32,000 nucleotides of DNA from an archaeon (GTDB lineage: Archaea; Asgardarchaeota; Thorarchaeia; Thorarchaeales; Thorarchaeaceae): positions 13,035 to 45,034 of the forward strand of contig JAJRZD010000063.1 of assembly GCA_024275415.1 (NCBI GenBank), read 5' to 3'. The notes under the pieces were generated by a model. That model made no database searches. It was not told where the DNA came from and saw nothing but the letters and a program-made list of their open reading frames with translations. The number at the start of each line of letters is the position of its first letter. Position 1 is the first letter of the stretch. This document shows, in pieces, positions 24,998-32,000 of this stretch. The position numbers and the translations under genes were made by a program.

Positions 24998-25901
24998 ATC
25001 CATCCCTAGTATTGTCGGGCCGTGTCACCAAATCGGCATACACAAGCGTGAGAAATACATACATCACTGGTCCGAGTAGGAGATTTGTGAGAATTGTCAC
25101 TATCAGAGATGCTGTTTCAGCTCCAATCACAGAGCCTACTACTGAGAGAAAGCTAGAGATGGTGAAGTCAATGATGAAGAGAACTACTAGTAATAATGTC
25201 CAGCCAACTACAATGTGAACGACTTTCCCACGCGTTAGTGCGAAAGAAGAATGGATGCTCTCGGTTGGGTTCTGTCTGAATGCCACAATAAAAACAGGTG
25301 ATGTGATTATCCTAGTAAGTAGTATTATTGCGATGATACCAAAGACGATGTAGAGGGACAGCCCATTGATCATAATCTGATAGTCTTCAGTATAGACCCC
25401 ATAGACCATCATTGTTTGCCCTGGCGATAGACAAATTCCCCAGATGACCCCAATCAACAGCTGGATGACGAGCATCGCTGCCAGATTAGAGAATCCTGAT
25501 GATATGCTGTATTCGACGCTAGGAGCCCCCTTGGTCAGGTCATCAAGTGCGAATTTCACAATGCTTCCGGCAACGAATGCCGCCACCACAAGCCCGAGAA
25601 ACACAAACACAGCTGATACACCGAGGATAACCGAATAATTTGAATCATTGATTTCTGGGAATAGTATGCCATTCAGAATCTTTGTAAGAAGTGCCCCAAT
25701 GTCGCTAGCAAATAGAGTAGTATCGAGGGAGCCATACATGGAATAGCCGACAATTGCCTGCAGAACAACGAACATTGCAAGCGGGATACCAGCAATGATG
25801 ACATAGGACTTTATGTTGCGAAGCCACAGTGCAAGCGTCTTTGTGAGCAGCTCTATGGATGAGAGACCCTGCTGTACTTCTGGGAACGTGTCAGAACTCA
25901 T
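24996..25901 (-). CDS. Polytopic membrane protein (about 6 TM), family uncertain
   Basis: Alternating long hydrophobic helices; SISSGFSNL and SIHSSFALTRGK motifs recall GDPD-membrane-domain-like proteins. Confidence 0.8.
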   Translation of the reverse strand: MSSDTFPEVQQGLSSIELLTKTLALWLRNIKSYVIIAGIPLAMFVVLQAIVGYSMYGSLDTTLFASDIGALLTKILNGILFPEINDSNYSVILGVSAVFVFLGLVVAAFVAGSIVKFALDDLTKGAPSVEYSISSGFSNLAAMLVIQLLIGVIWGICLSPGQTMMVYGVYTEDYQIMINGLSLYIVFGIIAIILLTRIITSPVFIVAFRQNPTESIHSSFALTRGKVVHIVVGWTLLLVVLFIIDFTISSFLSVVGSVIGAETASLIVTILTNLLLGPVMYVFLTLVYADLVTRPDNTRDG

Positions 25902-25995
25902 GAACCATCCTCATTTTCTTGTCATTCATTGCCGGTCTTATAATACCTACCAAGCTAAGTGTATGTCCGTAAGTGATTGCTACCAACCGGGTGTT

Positions 25996-27588
25996 TTATG
26001 CGGGCTTGGGCCGGATATCCAAAATCTCCATGAACTTCATCCCACCGGCTTTCTCCAGTAGCTGCTCGAATGTCAGTATTTTCACAGAAGGAGTGACCTC
26101 AGTACTCCGCTTGGTAACTTTCATTACTTCTGAAATCAATGCCGAATGGTTTCCTATGGCAGAACTCTTTGGTGCCACATAGATATTCAGGATGTCCATA
26201 CTATAAGGGTCATTCATGTCCTCTTTTGCTACTTCGATCTGAAGCTCCTCTATATCTGAAAGAGCTAGCAAATCTGCTCTCAATGCGGTCAGATTGACAG
26301 TTGCGCCCTTAATCTTCTTCTCACTGAGCCCCATGACCTCCATCTGCATCTCGGTATCATTCGTTCGTCCTATGTCCCAGAAGAATGGGCCATCCAGTCC
26401 GCAGACCGGGCACCTGCCTCGTTCCTGATGGGACGCGACATCACCAAGCAAGAAACCTTCAAAGACGGTCCCGGTGCTATCGAGATGGAACAGGGTCATA
26501 TACCCAGATTCGTCATCCTCTACAAAATCGTACGTTCCATCATCATTGAATTTGACCAATTCGAAAGCGAGCATGAGCGGCGACACATTATGATAGGGAC
26601 CGTGACGGGCACATTGTGCCGCAAAGGAAACCTTGCTCTCAGATGACGCATATCCTCCAATGATACGAACCTCTTTTGCACCCTTTTCTTGCAGGATGTT
26701 CACAATATCATCTGCAACTGTATCGTAGATTTTCTCTCCAGCCAGATAGACAACGACCTTGTCCGGAGCTTCATATTTGGTATCAGCCATTGTCTTGAAG
26801 AAGCGGTTTCGGAGGTAACTGGGCATACCGGCAAACCCATTCACCTTGAAAATACCTGCCATCTCTACCAATTTGTCACTTGGAATAGCTCCTCCGGCGC
26901 TGCTAGCCACATAGAACTTGGATATCTGTCCCAGTCCCACATTGGTCGCATGCCATCCCAAGTGCGGTGCATGTGGAAACAGATTCATGCTCACCATTTC
27001 CCAGCCTTGAGAAACCCAAGAATCCACAGCAATCTGTCCGGCTTTTGTGCAGTTCATAGAAAGCAGCTCATAGTCATATCTAGTAAGAAAGACCGGAGTG
27101 GGAAGCCCTGAGGCACGGCCTGAGCTGAGCCAGAACTGGAGAGGGGCATATTGGTAGGTCATCTTCTCTTTCAGCCGTTCCATGGCAGCAGACCCACCTA
27201 TCCGAGTCTTAACACGAATGCCATTGTTCCGGATGAACCTGTATAAAGCACTCTTGCCGGATTCTTGTGCATAGGTCATCAGGTTCCTAGCAATCTCGGC
27301 AGGGGGGCGTTCACTTCCATCTACCTGAGTGGGGTTGAGTACAAATTCCCTCAAGTGATCCTTGTATTCCTTTTTTCGCACAAGCGGGATCTTGTATTTT
27401 GCCCAATCTTCGATGCATGTCAAGTTGAACGGATCAATGTTATTCTCCTTGAAAAGCCTGCGATAGTAAGGATGATTTGGCCAGACTTGATATCGGATAA
27501 ATGCTCTGAATTTCTTGTCCTGCATCTCCTTGATTTCATGGTGATTGGTTCTCTTTAGTTCTTGGAATGTGAACGTCGTTTTTACCAT
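25996..27588 (-). CDS. Phenylacetate--CoA ligase/coenzyme F390 synthetase-like adenylate-forming enzyme (ANL superfamily)
   Basis: VWPNHPYYRRLF, KIPLVRK, P-loop-like SSGRASGLPTP, GMPSYL, LAGE, GYASSE, FLLGD, IGR, IKGATV. Confidence 0.8.
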   Translation of the reverse strand: MVKTTFTFQELKRTNHHEIKEMQDKKFRAFIRYQVWPNHPYYRRLFKENNIDPFNLTCIEDWAKYKIPLVRKKEYKDHLREFVLNPTQVDGSERPPAEIARNLMTYAQESGKSALYRFIRNNGIRVKTRIGGSAAMERLKEKMTYQYAPLQFWLSSGRASGLPTPVFLTRYDYELLSMNCTKAGQIAVDSWVSQGWEMVSMNLFPHAPHLGWHATNVGLGQISKFYVASSAGGAIPSDKLVEMAGIFKVNGFAGMPSYLRNRFFKTMADTKYEAPDKVVVYLAGEKIYDTVADDIVNILQEKGAKEVRIIGGYASSESKVSFAAQCARHGPYHNVSPLMLAFELVKFNDDGTYDFVEDDESGYMTLFHLDSTGTVFEGFLLGDVASHQERGRCPVCGLDGPFFWDIGRTNDTEMQMEVMGLSEKKIKGATVNLTALRADLLALSDIEELQIEVAKEDMNDPYSMDILNIYVAPKSSAIGNHSALISEVMKVTKRSTEVTPSVKILTFEQLLEKAGGMKFMEILDIRPKPA

Positions 27589-27611
27589 TATAGATGACCC
27601 ACCAGTAAGAG

Positions 27612-27698
27612 TAACTTCAAATTAGGAGTCAGACGAAATCCGGATAATAAAACTTGTGAGAGGCTGAGGAGTCTGCATTACCTAACTTCATATAGGAG
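27612..27698. repeat. Imperfect direct repeat in a divergent promoter region
   Basis: TAACTTCA-aatt-AGGAG (27612-27628) and TAACTTCA-tat-AGGAG (27683-27698). Confidence 0.55.
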
Positions 27699-27762
27699 AA
27701 AGTAATAATAACAGCAAAAGTATTTCACACCAATACAATAAGCACTTGTGGGAGCTGAACCA

Positions 27763-28194
27763 ATGTCCGAAACCGATGAGAAACTACAGAAAGGCATAAT
27801 CGAACTTGAGAAAGGTAATGATAAGAAAGCATTCGGATACTTCAAGGATGTCTTCAAAGACAGACAGGAAAGGCTCCTGAAGAAAGTGCAAGACAACCCG
27901 AAATCACCCACATTGATGCTGGACGCGTTATATATGATCCACGCGCTTGTCTGGCTGAGAGTTGCAGAAGCAGGAAAAGAAAGAGGAAGAGCCCTCGAGT
28001 TGATGGGACAGGCAGTTGGCACTGTCGAGGCAGCTCGGACAGCACTGGGGCCACTCGTTTCTGGACTTGCTCAATGGGCACAGGAGAAGAACATCAAGGC
28101 AGTCTACAACAAGGCCCGTGGTCTTCTAGCAGCTACGACTGACCTTGAGGATATGGCGAAAAAGGCACTTGAAGCTCAAAGGAAGATGAAATAG
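27763..28194 (+). CDS. Hypothetical all-helical (TPR-like) protein
   Basis: EKLQKGIIELEKGNDKKAFGYFKDV is TPR-like; GGAG RBS before ATG 27763. Confidence 0.7.
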   Translation: MSETDEKLQKGIIELEKGNDKKAFGYFKDVFKDRQERLLKKVQDNPKSPTLMLDALYMIHALVWLRVAEAGKERGRALELMGQAVGTVEAARTALGPLVSGLAQWAQEKNIKAVYNKARGLLAATTDLEDMAKKALEAQRKMK

Positions 28195-28199
28195 ATTTC

Positions 28200-28538
28200 T
28201 TATCGGCCTCCCATGTATTCCTTCCAATCCTTCGAAGGAAATCGTTCTGTCATTGTTTCCATCTCTTTAAGGACTGCCTCTTCAAGATCTATATTGAAAT
28301 GGTTCGCGAGTTGTACGAAGAGCGAGAAAGACTGAGCGAACTCTCTTGAAAGCCCATCCTTTGTTGGTGCGTCATGGCCAAGCCCTTCTGGTTTGTATCC
28401 TTCCTCATAGGAGATATATCGTGAGAGTTCGCCCAATTCTTCAATAAGATGTACGAATATCTGAGAGGCACGAAACTTGTCCCAATCGCGTTCTTTCTCG
28501 AATTCGGCTTTACGCCTCTGGATCTCTCTCAAATCCAT
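28200..28538 (-). CDS. MazG-like nucleotide pyrophosphohydrolase
   Basis: MDLREIQ...ERDWDKF, HLIEELGEL (EExxE), REFAQ, LANHFNIDLEEAVLKEM...RFP; real start ATG 28538. Confidence 0.85.
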   Translation of the reverse strand: MDLREIQRRKAEFEKERDWDKFRASQIFVHLIEELGELSRYISYEEGYKPEGLGHDAPTKDGLSREFAQSFSLFVQLANHFNIDLEEAVLKEMETMTERFPSKDWKEYMGGR

Positions 28539-28539
28539 C

Positions 28540-29235
28540 TCATGCCATCCTCTTCGTGATTTGCAGCACTTGTGCCCTTGCTTGAGCAAGTGATATCTCA
28601 GGCGGATTAGTAAGAGTGCCAAGGGGTAAATCATCAGGTAATGGTGTACTGCCAAGGAACATTGCTTCGCTGACATGGTTCATCATCTCTACAGGAGGGA
28701 GAACCGCACAGGCAAGTTTCACACCTGTTTTCACATCAGGAAGATTGGTGATAATGTTCCATATCCTTGTCCCATCTGTACACCTGCATTCGGAAAGCTT
28801 GTCGGAGCCTTCAACGGAGGAAATCTGACTTATCTCGACAGATAGAATATCCACTGCCAGTCCCGGTTCATCATCAAACTCCCTGAGTCTGGCAGGGAAC
28901 CCTCTGACTATCCGCAGAGAGTATTCCACTTCAGCCAATACCATCTTCTCCTTTACAGTACTGGGTTTGTGTCCAGAGGACAGAGCTGCTCGGTACAAGT
29001 CCTCGAATTCAGCAATGGCCGAAACCAATTTCTGAGTAGCTTCAAAATCAGCCAGTATTTGGGAATCTTGATAGGAATATTTCACCTCATAGAGAAGTCC
29101 TCCTGCTATTGCTAGAAGATCTCCTAGTTTACCATAGGAGATGTGCATCTTCAGCTTCCTGTTGGAAACAATCTCGTTCAATCTCCGTAGAGCGTCCTCA
29201 AGTATCAATACTCGAGCGTCTTTTGCGGTATCCAT
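28540..29235 (-). CDS. Archaeal tRNA-binding protein with C-terminal OB/EMAP-like domain (COG2517-like)
   Basis: MDTAKDARV N-terminus, LLYEVKYSY, C-terminal CRCTDG...IITNLPDVKTG...AVLPPVEMMNHVSEAMF; real start ATG 29235. Confidence 0.85.
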   Translation of the reverse strand: MDTAKDARVLILEDALRRLNEIVSNRKLKMHISYGKLGDLLAIAGGLLYEVKYSYQDSQILADFEATQKLVSAIAEFEDLYRAALSSGHKPSTVKEKMVLAEVEYSLRIVRGFPARLREFDDEPGLAVDILSVEISQISSVEGSDKLSECRCTDGTRIWNIITNLPDVKTGVKLACAVLPPVEMMNHVSEAMFLGSTPLPDDLPLGTLTNPPEISLAQARAQVLQITKRMA

Positions 29236-29390
29236 TGCTATCACGCTCAGTGTCCATCTGAACCACTGATAAAATCGTCGATGTGCAGGCATAGGTGGTC
29301 TGAAGTCTATATTAGCAACAGTTTTGGTGTGCAAACAGATTCTGTGTTGTTCTATCAGCCCATATGAACATAGCTCGGTAGATATGACCT

Positions 29391-29406
29391 GAAAAGTGAT
29401 ATAAAG
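29391..29406 (+). promoter_or_regulatory. BRE/TATA promoter of the longin-wHTH gene
   Basis: GAAAAGT-GATATAAAG ~30 nt upstream of TTG 29435. Confidence 0.55.
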
Positions 29407-29434
29407 AAAGAAATGGTACATTCACATAACCCTG

Positions 29435-30064
29435 TTGGAGAGACATAGATTGATTCAGGCCCTATATATCTTGGTTGCTGACAGCGGCCTTTGCGTGCTT
29501 GACAGGAAATATGGACAGGCAGAAATGGATCCAAATCTAATCAGTGGATTCTTGACAGCTTTGATCTCATTTGGACAGGAACTCAGTTCAGGAAATCGGG
29601 TACATGTGATTGACTTTGGTGCATTTGACATCTGTCTCTCTTTGAAGAACAACATTATTGTGGCCGCAACAGTTGACAAAACTGATGATGGAAATGCCGC
29701 AATGGCTGTTCTGGCTGATGTGAATAACCAATTTGTGAAAGCATACTCAGATGTCCTTGAGAACTGGGACGGAAATCTAGAACCTTTTGAGAGCTTCGTT
29801 CCGACGGTAGATGAGATCACACAGAACGGCAAAGCATCTGAAATGAGAATCCTTGTGCCAATCCTTAAGGGAAAGGTTTCACCGATGCTGGTCAGACTGG
29901 GTCAGATATCTCAAGATGTCTTTGATGTTGGAAAGAAATGTCAAGGAAAGCTGACAGTACGGGATATTGCCGACCAGTTGGGAAAGCCCGTCAAGGATGT
30001 CCAGAAGGCATTACACACTCTTGAAGACATGAAAATGCTAGAGTGGAAAGAGATAGGTCACTGA
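29435..30064 (+). CDS. Asgard-type longin-like domain fused to a C-terminal winged HTH
   Basis: LYILVADSGLCVLDRKYG..MDPNLISGFLTALISFGQEL...FVKAYSDVLENWDGNLEPFESF is a longin pattern; C-terminal GKLTVRDIADQLGKPVKDVQKALHTLEDMKMLEW. Confidence 0.82.
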   Translation: MERHRLIQALYILVADSGLCVLDRKYGQAEMDPNLISGFLTALISFGQELSSGNRVHVIDFGAFDICLSLKNNIIVAATVDKTDDGNAAMAVLADVNNQFVKAYSDVLENWDGNLEPFESFVPTVDEITQNGKASEMRILVPILKGKVSPMLVRLGQISQDVFDVGKKCQGKLTVRDIADQLGKPVKDVQKALHTLEDMKMLEWKEIGH

Positions 30065-30102
30065 CCTATTCTCGATCTCATGCCACTCCGCGCCGATTAG
30101 TT

Positions 30103-30810
30103 CTATTGGGCGGCGCCCCATTCATTTCCTGCAGTGATAAGTATCAGGCCAATTACAATCAGTCCTGGAGCTAGAACACCACTCGCGCCATAAAGAAGGA
30201 TTCCAGTCATGTCCATTGCAAAACGGGCTGAATGAATCACACGTCCTGCAAACAAAACAAGAAATCCTAGGCCAAGAATAAAGTTCGATTTACGTAGGAC
30301 GCCTCCTGACACCCATGAAAGATACCAGAAAAGGAAAGGTATGAAAAGCGCATACGCAACTCCACCAAGCCCGACTATGATCGTCGTGATTTCGCCAGGG
30401 GCTATAACGAGCAAGATACCAATGAGAATGGCGGGTATTGCAAAAGCGATTTCCGCCCATCTCTTACCAATGATGAGGAACCCGGCAGTTGCAGACAGTG
30501 CTGCGAGGGCCATCCATTGGAAGAAACCTCCTGCTTGAATCCATACCGCAGTGCTGCCTAGATATGGCTCTATGCCTGTCAACGTACTAGGAAGTGATCG
30601 GGCATCTGCATAGAAGTCTCCTACAAAGTAGAAGACTCTGCCAATGGCAAGAAGAAGGAAGAACATCGCCATGGCGAATGAAAACGGATTCCTTGTCTTT
30701 CGCCACCTGAACAACAGGAGCATGACGAAAATCAAGAAGTAGTATCCGACAACCAAGAACCAAAGTCCTATGTGTACCTCACGAATGATCATATCGAAGG
30801 TCTGCAGCAT
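30103..30810 (-). CDS. Polytopic membrane protein (about 7 TM), function unknown
   Basis: Seven hydrophobic segments, e.g. LWFLVVGYYFLIFVMLLLF and FAMAMFFLLLAIGRVFYF. Confidence 0.82.
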   Translation of the reverse strand: MLQTFDMIIREVHIGLWFLVVGYYFLIFVMLLLFRWRKTRNPFSFAMAMFFLLLAIGRVFYFVGDFYADARSLPSTLTGIEPYLGSTAVWIQAGGFFQWMALAALSATAGFLIIGKRWAEIAFAIPAILIGILLVIAPGEITTIIVGLGGVAYALFIPFLFWYLSWVSGGVLRKSNFILGLGFLVLFAGRVIHSARFAMDMTGILLYGASGVLAPGLIVIGLILITAGNEWGAAQ

Positions 30811-30949
30811 TTTAGTTTCTTCCTATCCATTGCTAATACAGGCAATGTGTGCGTACTAGCAAATAAAACTATGTTGGATTTTCAGGTTGAAGCGATACAC
30901 TCAAGTAATCCCTATATTCTGCAAATTTCTCATTATATGTGGTGTTTCT

Positions 30950-31360
30950 TTGAGCTCTAAGGGATTTTGGACTCTACGATATGAAGACGGCACAGAAGAG
31001 AAATTCATAGATATTAGAAGGAAAATCGGAAATCGAATCATCCGTGCATACCTGCTAGATGCGATACTGAACTCGGAAAAGGTAGATACCATGAAGGCAT
31101 CTCTTCGAGGGCCGAAAGGGGAATTCAAGGATTTTGCAAAGTTCCTGATTCTGAACGCATCACAAGATGGTCTTCAATTCAGGATCCTTGCAGAAACAGG
31201 GGTCTATGAGAATCTACGGGTAGTTGGAACAGACAGTGAAGAAATCGCAAATCAAGATCCTGATGCCCTTGAGAAACAATTCTGTGATGCCTTACAGAAC
31301 CATGTTGAATGGAATGCATCATTGACTATCAGTGTGGATAGCAGAATCAAACCAGAATAG
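30950..31360 (+). CDS. Hypothetical protein (~136 aa)
   Basis: Protein-like from TTG 30950 (GTGGTG RBS); no family recognised. Confidence 0.7.
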   Translation: MSSKGFWTLRYEDGTEEKFIDIRRKIGNRIIRAYLLDAILNSEKVDTMKASLRGPKGEFKDFAKFLILNASQDGLQFRILAETGVYENLRVVGTDSEEIANQDPDALEKQFCDALQNHVEWNASLTISVDSRIKPE

Positions 31361-31374
31361 AGTAGTGATAAGAA

Positions 31375-31569
31375 ATGGTCCTAAAACGATTTGCCAAATG
31401 TCCGGTCTGCACAAAGAAAACGGTATTAAACGTGCCAGAGGGAATTATCGGGAAAGCAAAACGTTTTCCGTTCACTATCAAAGTGCGCCATAACGACCAT
31501 TACTTCTACATCAACCTTGATAGCCAAGCATGGATAACGGATATCCTGAAACCTGAGATGGTAGAATGA
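31375..31569 (+). CDS. Small putative metal-binding protein (CxxC...HxxH)
   Basis: KCPVCTK...RHNDHYFYINLD; 64 aa; coupled to the upstream gene. Confidence 0.7.
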   Translation: MVLKRFAKCPVCTKKTVLNVPEGIIGKAKRFPFTIKVRHNDHYFYINLDSQAWITDILKPEMVE

Positions 31570-31571
31570 GC

Positions 31572-32000
31572 TTATCCGATATAATGATCAGAGGGTCTGT
31601 CACCATTCTCTTCTGAAGCTGTCTTCTGTTCGATCTCCTTCATCACCCAATCGATGAACTCCGCAACTTGTACAGCTCTGTCATCAAGCAGATTAAGGGT
31701 GTCTTTGAGATCTAGGAGCTGCGCTATCTTGTTAATGATTTCCCGTGATGCACGATAGTCTGCTTTAATGACACCCATTGTTTCTCCCAAAAAACAAGCC
31801 GATTCGATACCATAGTATTCTGATGCCCATGATGGGACAAAGCCATTTGCTCCTGAAATCACTCCTTCATTAGTAAGGACTGTGCCTTCCAATGCTACGA
31901 TTTGTTCAAGTAGTTTCTGAGAACTGGCGGAAACAAAGATACGTGGCGGTGCAGGATAGACCTTGAAGAATTCAGCATAGTTCTGTTCATAGGCTGCCAA
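31572..32000 (-). CDS. Hypothetical protein, 5' end outside window
   Basis: Open frame to the window edge; helical C-terminus. Confidence 0.7.
   Translation of the reverse strand: MAAYEQNYAEFFKVYPAPPRIFVSASSQKLLEQIVALEGTVLTNEGVISGANGFVPSWASEYYGIESACFLGETMGVIKADYRASREIINKIAQLLDLKDTLNLLDDRAVQVAEFIDWVMKEIEQKTASEENGDRPSDHYIG

Noticed and set aside
28539-28676. Long 5' extensions in the ORF track (28676, also 29421, 22403, 20982, 30887, 6516)
   Set aside because: Extensions overlap other genes or promoters and are not protein-like; downstream starts have an RBS or match family N-termini.
481-31360. Genome-wide TAG reassignment
   Set aside because: Several TAGs behave as true stops: followed by terminator hairpins (9696, 11599), an RBS and next gene (483), or convergent genes (7487, 13870, 28194). 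Only the TAG at 7628 is anomalous.
1-32000. CRISPR array, transposase, integrase or viral genes
   Set aside because: No regularly spaced repeats, terminal inverted repeats or recombinase/capsid motifs seen; composition looks uniform.

Overview
Gene-dense chromosomal window of an archaeon, very probably an Asgard archaeon (Thorarchaeia-like). This is inferred from an Asgard-type longin-domain protein, an E2F/DP-like winged-helix protein, GGAGGTG-type ribosome-binding sites and TATA/BRE promoters. About 30 CDS; no rRNA, tRNA, CRISPR or mobile element was recognised. Routine genes: OppD/OppF ABC ATPases, DUF92, ECF S-component, SPFH+NfeD, CPBP protease, cyclophilin-like, COG2403 P-loop ligase, PaaK-like ligase, MazG-like, tRNA-binding OB-fold protein. 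Most interesting observations: (1) 13870-19490: an amidohydrolase gene and a CDC48-N-like/vWA gene, both with intact catalytic motifs, sit head-to-head with an 872-aa gene that is a collinear fusion paralogue of both and has lost every metal ligand. This suggests an undescribed enzyme/pseudo-enzyme complex. (2) 22765-23316: an E2F/DP-like factor (KRRVYDVVAVL, coiled coil, beta-rich tail) with a perfect 17-bp palindrome upstream. (3) 2827-6282: a GCS2-type carboxylate-amine ligase fused to about six Ig-like domains. (4) 7484-8800: a wHTH-pseudo-PfkB regulator interrupted by one in-frame TAG, divergent from an ECF S-component. All homology calls come from motif recognition by eye; no database searches were run.
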